Origin: Hypanus sabinus
Lineage: Eukaryota
Assembly: GCF_030144855.1 (NCBI RefSeq)
Contig: NC_082731.1
Location: forward strand, 11,036,001 to 11,100,000
Length of the DNA stretch: 64,000 nucleotides
Direction of reading: 5' to 3'
This document shows, piece after piece, positions 1 to 11,249 of the stretch (position 1 is the stretch's first letter; every line of letters begins with the position of its first letter). The position numbers and the translations under genes were made by a program. The notes under the pieces were generated by a model, which was not told where the DNA came from, did not search any database, and saw only the letters and a list, made by a program, of their open reading frames with translations.

Positions 1-79
1 TGATTATTCTTTGTCGCATCAAAGCTGCCGTTGGCCATACGAATTGACTAGAGGAGAGAGATTTTAAATCTAGCTTTCA

Positions 80-720
80 GAATAAAATCTCTCACTCAAT
101 GTCAGCAAGACCAAGGAGCTGATTATTGACTACAGGAGGTGAAAACCGCGGGTCTATCAGCCGGTCATCATAGGGGTCAAAGGAGGAGAAAGTTAGCAAC
201 TTCACATTCCTCTGCGTTCTCATTTCAGAGGATCTATCCAGAGTCCAGCTGGTAAGTGCCACTAGAAAGAAAACACGGCAGCGCAACTACTCTCTTAAAA
301 GTTTGAAAATATCCGGTATGTCATCTAAAACGTGACAAACGTACGCGTTAGTGCCGTGGAGGGTATACTGACTGGTTGCATTACGGTCTGATATGGAAAT
401 ATCAATGCCGTTGAACGGACATCTTGCAAAACATGGTCGTGAATACACCACAGTTCATGACGAATGCAACCTTCCCCGCCATTAAGCCCATCTATACGCC
501 GCGCTGTCGCAGGAATGCAGCATTTATCTTCAATGACCCTGGGGTTCCAGGCCACGCTCTCTTCTCGCTGCCGCCATCAGGAGGGAGGTACAGAAGCCTA
601 GGTACCCAAACTAATTGGTTCGGAATCAAATATTACCCCTTCAATATCAGGTTCTTGAACCAGAAGGAATGCCTTCACTCAACTCCATTCCCCTAGACGT
701 TGAACTGTTCCCATAACCTA
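80..720 (+). mobile_element. Rex1/Babar-type LINE 3' relic
   Basis: Degenerate RT C-terminal coding (KTKELIIDYRR...VSNFTFL-VLISEDLS-like), homologous to better-preserved copies at about 37.7 and 50.3 kb. Confidence 0.65.
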
Positions 721-1229
721 TGGGCTCAGTTTTAAAAATATATATATATTCGTCTCATGTTGACGATATTTATTGTTTATTTATTTTACGTTTTTTTTTA
801 CTGTTTGATTTGCACAGTTTGTCTTTTCCCATTTGGCTGTCCGTCTAAATGTGTGCTGGTTTCTTTGATTCTATTGTGTTTCGTGGTGTTTGCTGAGAAT
901 GCCCGCAAGAAATTTAATTTCAGGGTTGTGTATGATGACGTATATGTACTTTGAAATTCGATGATGATGATGATGATATGTAGGCTTGTTAAATGTTAAT
1001 CGTATCTGAAACGTCAGCAGTCTGTCCATATTTCAGTATATAGTATTTTATAGTCTGCACAATTTTCGACTAGGTTTACCTGAATAGGACTAAAGTTATC
1101 TTTCAACTTCAGCACATTTCCATTTTACTCAAACAGCAAGTTGCTGTTGATGATTGCTGAGGTGCACTAAGTGTGGGGATCAACAATGGCAAGTTGACAG
1201 TATATCTACTCAGATAGAGCAGGCAATAT

Positions 1230-4200
1230 ATAACATAAGTTGATAACATGAGTTAAGCATGAGTTTAAACTGAGTTGGCAAGGGGAAGGAAACCAGGGTG
1301 TTAGGGTCGAGGAAGAGGAAAATAGAAATAAGTAATGGAAGTCCTGCTGTTCTGGAGGATTAAAACTAATGTAGCAGGGGGATGGGAACAAGTGAAGAGA
1401 GACAGAGGGGTGTAAAATGAGAGTAGAAGCAAAAAGTAGTAACGTAAAAAGTAAAAGTAGCAGGCAGGCGAATCCAGGGCAAAAATCAAAAAGGGCCACT
1501 TTTCAACATAATTGCATAAGGGCTAAGAATGTCGTAAAACAAGCCTGGAGGCTCTGTGTGTAAATGCAAGGAGCATTCGTAACAAGATGGATGAATTGAC
1601 TGTGCCGATAGTTATTAATGAATATGATATAGTTGGGATCACAGACATGGCTCCAGGTTGACCAAGGATGGGAGCTCAACATCCAGGGATATTCAATATT
1701 CAGGAGGGATACACAGGAAAGAAAAGGAAGTGGGGTAGCATTGCCAGTTAGTGATCAGATTAATATAATAGAAAGGACGGACATTAGCTGGAGAATGTGG
1801 AATCTATATGGGTAGAGCTGCATAACACTAAGGGGCAGAAAACACTGATGGGAGTTGTGTACAGGCCACCTGACAGTAGTAGTGAGAATGGAGATGGCAT
1901 TAAACAAGAACTTAGAAATGCGTGCAACAAAGAAACAGCAGTTATAATTGGTGACTTTAATCTACATATAGATTAGGTCAACCAAATTTGTAAGGGGGCT
2001 GAGGAAGAGCATTTCTTGGAATGCATGCGGGATGGTTTTCTGAACCAACATGTCGAGGAACCAACTAGAGAGCACGCAATTCTAGACTGGGTATTGAGCA
2101 ATGAGGAAGGGTTAGTTAACAATCTTGTCGTGCGAGGCCTGCTGTGTAAGATGGATAATATGGTAGAATCTTCATTAAGATGGTGAGTGACATAGTTAAT
2201 TCAGAAACAAAGGTTCTGAACTTAAAGAAGTGTCGCTTCGAAGGTATGAGACGTGAGGCTAAGATAGACTGGCAAATGATACTTAAAGGGTTGACAGTGG
2301 ATACGCAATGGCAAGCATTTAAAGATCGCATGGATGATCTACAGCAATTGTACATCCCAGTTTGGCAAAAGAATAAGCCAGGGAAGGTAGTGGACCCTTG
2401 GCTGACAAGGGAAATTAGGGATAGTATCAAGTCCAAAGAAGAAACATACAAATTAGCCAGAAAAGGCTGCACACCTGGGTCTGGAAGAAATTCAGAGTCC
2501 AGCAGAGGAGGACAAAGGGATTAATTATGGAAGGGAAAAAAAGAATATGAGAGAAAGCTGGCAGGGAACATAAAAACTGACTGTAAAACCTTTTATAGAT
2601 ATGTGAAAAGAAAAAGATTTGTTACGACAAAACGTAGGTCCCTTATAGTCAGAAACAGGTGAATTGATCATGGGAAACAAGGACATAGCAGACCAATTGA
2701 ATAACTACTTTGCAAACACGAGTAAATCTTCAGATGCTGGAAATTCAAACAACAACACACACAAAATGCTAGTATAACACAGCAGGCCAGGCAGCATCTA
2801 TAGGGAGAAGCGCTGTCGACGTTTCGGGCCAAGACCCTTCGTCAGGACTGACTACTTTGGAATAAATACTTTGGTCTTGTCTTCAGTAAGGAAGACATAA
2901 ATAATTTTCCGGAAATATTAGGGGACCGAGGGTAAAGTGAGATGGAGGAACTGTGGGAAATACATGTTAGTAGGGAAGTGGTGTTAGGTAAATTGAAGGG
3001 ATTAAAGGCAGTTAAATCCCCAGGGCCAGATGGTCTGCATCCCATAGTGCTTAAGGAAGTAGCCCAAGAAGTAATGGATGCATTAGCGTTAATTTTTCAA
3101 AACTCTTTAGATTCTGGATTAGTTCCTGAGGATTTGAGGGTGGCTAATGTAACCCCACTTTTTAAAAAAGGGGGGGAGAGAAACGGGGGAATTATAGACT
3201 GGTTAGCTTCACATCGGTGGTGGGGAAAATGCTAGAGTCAGTTATCAAAGATGTGACAACAGCACATTTGGAAAGCAGTGAAATCATTGGACAAAGACAG
3301 CATGAATTTCTGAAAAGAAAATCATGTCTGACGAATCTTATAGAATTTTTTGAGGATATAACTTGTAGAGTGGATTGGGGAGAACTAGTGGATGTGGTAT
3401 ATTTGGATTTTCAAAAGGCATTTGAGAAGGCCCCACCCAGGAGATAACTGTGAAAACTTAAAGCACACGGTATTGGGGGTATTGTATTGATGTAGATAGA
3501 GAATTGGTTGGCAGACAGGAAGCAAAGAGTGGGAATAAACGGGACCTTTTCAGAATGGCAGGCAGTGACTACTGGGTTACCGCAAGGCTCAGTGCTGGGA
3601 CCACAGTTGTTTACAATATATATTAATGATTAAGACGAGGGAATTAAATGCAGCATCTCCAAGTTTGCGGATGACACGAAGCTGGGCGGAGGTGTTAGCT
3701 GTGAGGAGGATGCTAAGAGGATGCAGGGTGACTTGGATAGTTTAGGAGTGGGAAAAATCATTGCAGATGCAATTTAATGTGGATAAATGTAAGGTTATCC
3801 ACTTTGGTAGCAAGAACAGGAAAACAGATTAATATCTGAATGGTGGCCGATTAGGAAAAGGGGAGGTGCAACGAGACCTGGGTGTCATTGTACACCAGTC
3901 ATTGAATGTGGGCATGCAGGTACGGCAGGCGGTGAAAAAATCGAATGGTATGTTGGCATTCATAACAAGAGGATTCGAGTACAAGAGCAGGGAGGTTCTA
4001 CTGCAGTTGTGCAAGGCCTTGGTGATACCACACCTGCAGTATTGTGTGCAGTTTTGGTCCCCTAATCTGAGGAAAGATATTCTTGCCATAGAGGGAGTAC
4101 AAAGAAGGTTCACCAGATTGATTCCTGGGATGGCAGTACTTTCAAATTAAGAAAGACTGGATCGACTGGGCTTATACTCGCTGAAATTTAGAAGATTGAG

Positions 4201-4598
4201 GAGGGATCTTATTGAAACGTATACAATTCTAAAGGGATTGGACAGGCTAAATGCAGGAAGATTGTTCCCGATGTTGGGGATGTTCAAAACGAGGGCTCAT
4301 AGTTTAAGGATAAAGGGGAAACCTTTTATGACCGAGATGAGGAGAAACTTCTTCACACAGAGAGTGGTGAATCTGTGGAATTCTCTGCCACAGGAAACAG
4401 TTGAGGCCGGTTCATTGGCTATATTTAAGAGGGAGTTAGATATGGCCCTTGTGGCTTAGGGGATCAGGGGGTATGGAGAGAAGGCAGGTACAGGGTTCTG
4501 AATTGGATGATCAGCCATCATCATACTGAATGGCGGTGCAGGCTCGAAGGGCTAAATGGCCTACTCCTGCACCTATTTTCTATGTTTCTTATGTTTCT
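1230..4598 (+). mobile_element. CR1 LINE, near full-length decayed ORF2 (APE endonuclease + RT)
   Basis: Frameshifted ORF pieces GVVYRPP, SPGPDGLHPIVLKE, KSCLTNLIEFFE, VVYLDFQKAF, SKFADD, QRDLGVIV, YCVQFWSP, RRNFFTQRVVNLWNSLP, and a TTCTATGT-type tail. Confidence 0.92.
2813..2850 (-). ncRNA. Minimal type I hammerhead ribozyme motif in a Penelope terminal fragment inserted in the CR1
   Basis: Minus strand CAGTC-CTGACGA-A-GGGT CTTG GCCC-GAAAC-GTC/GACAG: intact CUGANGA and GAAA core, stem II, palindromic ACGU stem III, GUC cleavage triplet and stem I GTC/GAC. Confidence 0.7.
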
Positions 4599-4699
4599 AC
4601 ATTGATCATAATACAACTTTAATTCTCCGAGTCCACTCTGCCAATTAAGGATCCATTTTTATACTGCGAGAGACAATTTGCTGTTCCATATTCGATGGT

Positions 4700-5890
4700 T
4701 GATTGATGTTGTGTATTTGGATTTTCAGAAGGCCTTTGACGAGCTGCCACTCATGACGCTGCTGAACATGCTAAAAGCCGACGGAATTACAGGAAGATTC
4801 TAGCATGGAAGCAGTGGCCGCTTGGCAGGAAGCAAAGCAAGCCTTTTCTGTCTTGTTGCCGTTGACTAGTGGTGTTCCACTAGTGTTGGGATCGATTCTG
4901 TTTTACGTTATATTTCAGTGATTTGAATAATGCAATTGAATGTTTTGTTGAAACGTTTGCAGATGATACGAAGATGGGCAGAAAGGTAAGTAGTTTTGAG
5001 GAAATAGAAGGGCCACAGAGCGACTCTAGACAGATTAAGAGAATCGGCAGGGGAACAAATGGCAGTTGGAATACAGTGTGGAGAAATTCATGGTCATACA
5101 GCTTGGTAGAAGAAATGAAAAATTTAACTATTTTGAAAAAGGGGAGAAAATACAAAAAAAAACTGTGGCACTAAGTGACTTGGGAGTGCCTGTCCCTAAA
5201 GATTAATTTGCAGGTTGAACACATGTTGAGGAAGGAAATACGATGTTCACATCCATCTCAAGAGGACTAGAATATAAAAGCAATGATGTAATGCAGAAAC
5301 TTCATAAAACACTGGTGAGGCCTCAGATGGAGTATTATGAGCAATTCTGAGACCCTTGTCTTCAAAAGGATGTGTTAAAACTGGAGAAGATTCATAGGAG
5401 GTTCACAAAAATGATTCTAGGATTGATTGGCTTCTCATATGAAGAATGTTAAATGGCTCTGTGCCAGGATTCGCTAGAATTCAGAAGAATGGGGCGTGAC
5501 CTCATTTTTACCTATCGAATGGTGAACGGCCTTGATAGAATGGATGTGAGGTGCATGTTTCCTATAGTAGGAGAGTCTAAGACCAGAGTACACAACCTCA
5601 GAATAGACAGGTGCCCTCTTAGAACGGATATGAGGAGGAATTTCTTTAGCTGGAGAGTGCTGAATCTCTGGAATTCTTGCCGCATGAAGCTGTAGAGACC
5701 AGGTCTTTATGCATATTAAAAGCTGTGGTTGATAGATTCTTGATTGGTCAGGACACGAAGAGGTACGGGGAGAAGACAAGAGATTGAATAGGAGAGGAAA
5801 ATTGGATCAGTCATGATGAAATGACGGAGCAGATGCGATGGGCTTGATGGCCTAATTCTGTTCTTATCTCTTATGGTCTTATGGCCTTAT
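4700..5890 (+). mobile_element. CR1 LINE 3' fragment (RT)
   Basis: Pieces FVETFADDTKMG and RRNFFSWRVLNLWNS, with a TCTTATGG tail. Confidence 0.85.
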
Positions 5891-8415
5891 GGAATGAAAT
5901 GGAAGCAAACTCTTGAAATGAGCAGTTTGCGTCAAATCTATTGAGCCAAGAAGGTGCTGGGCAGCCTGCAATTGTCGCCAGATTTCCAGCGCATGCCCAA
6001 ATCCACTAAACCTAAGCAGACATCTTGGGAATATGGCTGACATTGTAATAGGGCATTGCTGCTCACTGGAATCACAGGATAGGTGTTTGGGTCCAGAATG
6101 TTTATAATTCGTCTGAAAGATATTTTGGCGAAAGCAACATGGATAATTGGAAAGAGTGATGGAGAAGTTCAAGACACACAGTAGCTTAGCCGTTCGCGCA
6201 ATTCTATCACAACTCGAAGAGTTAGCGTACAAAGTTCAATTTTGATGCTGTCTCTAAGGAGCTTGCTTGTTCTCCCCGTGACCGTGTGGGTTTCCAAGGA
6301 ACTGTCATTTAATTCTATAGACCAAAGTCATAACAGTTAGAACATCGTCCTATGGTTAGTCTAGGGTTCCATAAATGAGGTGCAATAATTCTACATTAAT
6401 CCATTTTCGTGTATTTTACCCACAACCACATCAGTCCACCATATTCTATCATTGTTCTATGCACTGTGGACAATATTGAGTTGCCAATTAGCTAACCAAT
6501 TGAACGTCTTTCAGATGTGGGAGGAAAATGGAGTATAAATATGGGATTAGGAGAGAGATTAGGTAAAGCATTCTTTTCTTTTACAATGTGTTGCAAATGT
6601 TGAAATTATTCAAATGTAGAATGAGGAAATTGGCATACTTCTTAATGCAGAGGACGTTGCGGACATGCAAAGCAAAAGGTAATCACATATTACAGAAGGA
6701 GGGGAGATATAGATCTTACAACAAAACTGATGAAGGTGAAGTGAAAGAGTAGTCCAATGCACTTTATTGGACTGAAAAACAGATTCCCTTCGATTGGAAA
6801 TAGCACAGTAAAATAGAAAGGGTGTTGATGGTGAATCTAAGTATTTAATACATTCACCCTCTCGTACTCATCTCAAATGCTGACTCCTTCCCAATTTCTC
6901 AGTTAAGTGCATGAAATAGTCTGTACTTGACGTCTGAAAAGTTCCTTTCCCAATGAGATCAAAACCCGGGGGAATGATCGACATTAATCTGGGAGAACAT
7001 GGGCCGGGCTGACGGAGTAATACTCCACAGCGCTATATACAAACAAAGATCATGTAGTTTACTTGCCTATTTAACAAAAAAAAAAAAACACGCACACGTG
7101 GAATTGGACTGGGTTTCCACAAAAATCCATTAAGAACGAGTTTCAGAGAACTTTTAAACACGACTAAGCTCGGGCAAAGGAGCTTAACAGCATGTTTAAA
7201 CTAAGAAAGATGAGGCAAACAAACAGCAATAGGACCAAGTAAATTGGACGAGTGATAGATATTTTTGCGAATTGCTTCCCTGACATTTGTGGATCCCATA
7301 ATAGTGTCGGAGGTTTGCTATCATTTGAGTTTGTTTTAGGAAGGAACTTCTTGTAATCATTCAATTGATTGATGAAAATTAAAACCCGTTTCGCAGAAAC
7401 GTTTCCATTGGAACACATATTTTAGCATACTGCTTCAATGACGCCAGTTTTATATTTTGTACCATAGCATGGTCTGTTTAACAATGTAAACCTTTATAAT
7501 TGGTGTCTTGAGCGACACTGACACATCTAGAATGTCATTCATTAAGATCTGGTGTGTAACTTTTAATTAAATGTAGCGCCCTGCCAATTGACTAAAGCAT
7601 TCAGCGAGATGGTAGAGACTTGATATTATTGTGCTCTGCTTTCAAAGAAGACATTGATTATGTTGACCTTCATTCAGTATCTCTTCTCGCCTTGCGTACA
7701 GACCTTTTGCCTACCTCTGCCCTCCCTGAATATTCTGACGATTAACACTAATATATAACCAAAGTTATACAAGTCCAACGATTCTGACAACAGAAAATAT
7801 GTTTATTCCTGGTCGTCTCGGCGCTCACTAAATCTATGGATTTGTTAGAGCATGATATGTGTTTCTAAATAGAAGACATTTTTCTTCCATTCCAGCTAAA
7901 TGACAAGTTTTGTTTTCGCAACGAGTGTATGTTTTAACAGCCCCTCGAAGTATCAAGTTATTAATCTGAACTGAAGCCTATTTAATCTTCAAAGTTCTTC
8001 CCTAATTGGGTCTGCGACCATTGGGGAGTAAATCCACATTCAAATATGCAAGGATATGAGGACCTCGCACTTATATCAATACAGCAGGTAACACTTTAAA
8101 GTAACCATCGGACGGGGTTAGGGTGTAGCAGGTCGGGGGTAATTTGTGCGCTTCAATTTGTAAAAATACTCCAAGTTCAATTTTCGTCTTTTTAAACGAG
8201 CGAAAGTATTATCTTGGGAGGATAAAAGCGTGTACTTAAATTCTTCTGGGGTGTCTTAGTCAATGAACGTGTTTCTAATGAAATGCTTATACTCCAAAAA
8301 GACATTATCATATTGCCCTTTTCGGTTTGCATCATTTAAACGAGAATATAATTATATTTTACTTCGGGGAAAAGTACGTGCTTTCTCACATATAATTTAA
8401 AAAAAAGTCACTTAC

Positions 8416-8462
8416 CAGCTTTCACAGTCAGCCTTGTGCCAGCTCCATCGTAGTAATTATAA
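8416..8462 (-). CDS. IgNAR: IgNAR J segment (YNYYDGAGTRLTVKA)
   Basis: 47-nt segment with the IgNAR-type YDGAGT-LTV motif, ending in G|GTAAGT. Confidence 0.95.
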
Positions 8463-8501
8463 CACAATGATTAACTTCCTATTCAACGCAATTCAAAAAG
8501 T
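8463..8501 (-). promoter_or_regulatory. J 5' recombination signal (23-bp spacer)
   Basis: Plus strand CACAATG (8463-8469), 23 nt, TCAAAAAGT (8493-8501). Confidence 0.92.
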
Positions 8502-8804
8502 AATCATTAAAGCTGAATTGTTGACAGAGGCTTTCCACAATAATACAGGAACAAAGGACTGACCAATATATTCCATTTCCTTCAGTTTCACTCGCTCCTG
8601 TATTTATTCAGTTCACTGTAAGCGCACATGATAATAAAACTGGAATTTCGCTGTTTCAGTACCAGGGACTGTAGGTAGAATTCAATCTAAAGGCGAAGCA
8701 GAGTTGTTTGAGAAACTATGTTGAGTAACATCCATGAACGTAAAGGCATATTTTGTAATCCCATTTATAAATAGATGATCTTAAAAAAATAAAACTGTCT
8801 CGGA

Positions 8805-8872
8805 GGTTTGTGCTATGGCTTGGACTACTGTGTCACAGTAGTGGCACATCAGTTCACATGAGCACAATAACC
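8805..8872 (-). other. IgNAR: IgNAR D3 segment, CCACTACTGTGA (8833-8844), with 12-RSS on both sides
   Basis: Plus strand GGTTTGTGC-12-TACTGTG [TCACAGTAGTGG] CACATCA-12-ACAATAACC. A 12/12 final D ahead of a 23-RSS J is the IgH-type configuration. Confidence 0.85.
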
Positions 8873-9184
8873 TCCTTGTTGGAAATAGCGTATAAATCCG
8901 TCAGATAATACCATACGCCCATGATACGATGGTAGGGGACATGGTTGAAATGGTTGCACTGGCCTGTTTAAATCCCGTCGATACTAGCTCTCAGCCAGGT
9001 AGATAATATCAAGGCTTTGTTATTAATATGATGATCACATATGAACTACAATTACACAGGCATATAGAGCAAGGCTGTGCTTTGTGTACCAGTCTCTGGC
9101 AGAGATAAAGAATGTTTGTCTGAAAGCAGTTTTTGTCCCTAAAGGAAAATCTTGCATTAATTTTGCATTAATAATTGCCGAGGT

Positions 9185-9264
9185 GATTTTTGCATGAAGG
9201 GGACTGAAGATTCATCACTGTGGCACACCCCATACACACAGTCATTGATATCACTACTAAAAGG
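9185..9264 (-). other. IgNAR: IgNAR D2 segment, TGTATGGGGTGTGC (9223-9236), with 5' 12-RSS and 3' 22-RSS
   Basis: Plus strand GATTTTTGC-22-CACTGTG [GCACACCCCATACA] CACAGTC-12-ACTAAAAGG. Confidence 0.9.
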
Positions 9265-9452
9265 TTCCTTCTAAATTAATACAAGAAACCGAGGTCACGG
9301 CGGTTACAATTACAATCTAGCTTAATTTCGCATTATTCTATACAACTTACTTTATAACCAATAATCCTTCGAAAATAGTGTACAGTTTTATGCATTGTAT
9401 ATCTGCATTGTACAGTTCAGGAGCGGATTAACATTGACTTTAGTGCATTAGT

Positions 9453-9529
9453 GGTTTTTGAATTGCGGAGTCCGAGCTTTGTTTCACTGTGACAGTATAG
9501 GCACAGTGGTTGATTCAATAGCAAAAAGG
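9453..9529 (-). other. IgNAR: IgNAR D1 segment, CCTATACTGT (9492-9501), with 5' 12-RSS and 3' 23-RSS
   Basis: Plus strand GGTTTTTGA-23-CACTGTG [ACAGTATAGG] CACAGTG-12-GCAAAAAGG. Confidence 0.93.
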
Positions 9530-9724
9530 TCTCTATTTACATAACTCTGGGAGAATACTGACGCTGCACCTCCAACTGCGTCCACTTGGATATAAGCGGC
9601 ATTGTGACTGTTGCCAACTTACTACTAGTGTACATTTGCTCTACAGGGGAATCAACTACTGCTCAGTAATTTCCTTTTCCATAAGAACGAAGCAGTTAGA
9701 GATTCTCGCGTGAAAGATTTTCAA

Positions 9725-9762
9725 ACTTTTTGAATTGGCGTGTGCTCAGTTTCGTTACTGTG
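9725..9762 (-). promoter_or_regulatory. V 3' recombination signal (22-bp spacer)
   Basis: Gene strand CACAGTA (9762-9756), 22 nt, TCAAAAAGT (9733-9725), directly after the V coding end. Confidence 0.92.
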
Positions 9763-10034
9763 TTCTTGAGCTTTGCAAAAATACGTGGCTGTGTCTTCAG
9801 CCATTAGGTTGCTGATCTTCAGGGAAAAGGACTTTGCTGGCTTGTTGACTGATTCCGCATATCGTCCTCCAATAGATAGCCTCTCCCAACCAGATCGACC
9901 CGGTCTTTGGATGAACCATGATGTGCTATACAGGCTATAGCTAGTATCTCTTAAAACACAGTTGATGGTCAGAGTTTCGCCTGGTCGTTTTGTTGCTTCT
10001 CTTGGTGTCTGTTCTACCCTTGCACTGAAGGCAT
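9763..10034 (-). CDS. IgNAR: IgNAR variable (VNAR) exon, germline, type IV/IIb-like
   Basis: Acceptor ...CCTCCCTTCAG| then an open frame [86 protein letters not shown]. It has the VNAR hallmarks (short domain lacking CDR2, TINC, GRY-ESVN, SFSL-I) and only the two canonical Cys. Confidence 0.95.
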
Positions 10035-10162
10035 CTGAAGGGAGGAAAACATATTTAATAATCACATATCTGAAGCAGCACCGAATTTAACATAAAATGA
10101 AATCTGTGGACGCAACGGCAAGACAGTAACCATTATTCTCTTTAAAACTGAACTGCACTTAC

Positions 10163-10205
10163 TTGGCAACCAGGTTAAAAATATCGAAACGCATAAAATA
10201 TTCAT
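10163..10205 (-). CDS. IgNAR: IgNAR leader exon (MNILCVSIFLTWLP + 1 nt)
   Basis: ATG at 10205, 43-nt exon ending in A|GTAAGT. Spliced in phase 1 to the V exon it gives [23 protein letters not shown], closely resembling IgNAR leaders (MNIFLLSVLLAWLPNVFT-ARV). Confidence 0.93.
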
Positions 10206-10296
10206 CGTTCCTTCACGACCAGAAAGCCTGTTTAAACAGAGAAGGTTCGAGACACCAGCGCAGGCTGTCTGTGCAACCCTCTGGAGAAGCAAAGAC

Positions 10297-10302
10297 TTTA
10301 TA
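10297..10302 (-). promoter_or_regulatory. TATA box of the IgNAR V promoter
   Basis: TATAAA on the minus strand between the octamer and the ATG at 10205. Confidence 0.7.
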
Positions 10303-10322
10303 AGCCTTGCGAGCCTGGCCTC

Positions 10323-10330
10323 ATTTGCAT
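10323..10330 (-). promoter_or_regulatory. Ig promoter octamer ATGCAAAT (heavy-chain orientation)
   Basis: Plus strand ATTTGCAT at 10323-10330 is ATGCAAAT on the gene strand, 20 bp upstream of the TATA box and about 120 bp upstream of the leader ATG. Confidence 0.85.
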
Positions 10331-11249
10331 AATGCAGAATGAAGGCACACTCACTACGATTATAGCTTGGATAATGATATGCATTATATCCGATAACTAC
10401 ATCGGTAAAATATATGACGCATTAACGTGAATGTATAGATAGAAATTTCAAGAAAGATCTTCATTGCTTCCTTCCATCGTACTGAACGTATTTCTCTTTG
10501 CTCTGTTATATGGTGAGAGCTCCGCAAAAATATGTTAAAGATCTAAATGTCATTATGACACAGAAAATACTCTGAAAACAATTCAGTTTATCACCACGAT
10601 TAGCTAAAGATTATTCCTATTGACGCAGACAAACTGAGCATGTCCCTGTCTCCCTATCTTGCTTCCTCTATTCACCATTGGTAATCTACATGAATCTGAT
10701 GCCAGTCGTAGTAACAAAATCTGAGCCGAAGTTTATTTTCATTTTGTAGTTTCGTGACTTTGCTTGCAATGTGCGTGGGCAGTAGCAAAGCCAAACACAA
10801 GATACAGGAGGAACTCGACTAGACAGAAAGCATTACGATATAAAAACTCAGATCTGCCTAATTTACGGTAGTAATCCGGGTCATTTCTGATCAGAAGACA
10901 GAAAGGAGATAGATTTAGGGACGAAGATCGTATCAGATTGTTCATTGTGAAGGGATTTGTCAAATTCGAACAACATGGGAAACTGGAACCACGTTCCATA
11001 AAGAAGTCAAAAGGAGAAGATGGGCAATTAATTTGAATGGAATACGTAACCTATAAGGAAGAGTGAATGGCGGCAGACGTGGCAAATCCAGTCAAGATGA
11101 TTAAAAAAGCATGCTTAAGGTTTAGGGAAATAAAATCTAACAGCGATACTGAAAAAATATAAATAAGCCAGTAAAGAACTCGATATGAAAATTTGGAGAG
11201 TGTGAGAGAGAGAGAACCATATTTTGGCAAGAAGGATACATACATCAAG

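Noticed and set aside
7595-7640. TATTATTGTGCTCTG (YYCAL) resembling a V-gene end
   Set aside because: In-frame stop just before it, no D-S-A motif, no RSS after it, and on the opposite strand to the cluster.
6240-8400. Candidate intronic enhancer motifs (E-box CACGTG, kB-like GGGTTTCC)
   Set aside because: Short motifs expected by chance; no clustering or conservation evidence is available from one sequence.
8416-10205. Interpretation as a NAR-TCR cassette
   Set aside because: Three Ds with a 12/12 last D and a 23-RSS J are Ig-type, and no supporting TCR-delta V was seen downstream. Not fully excluded without the flanking sequence.
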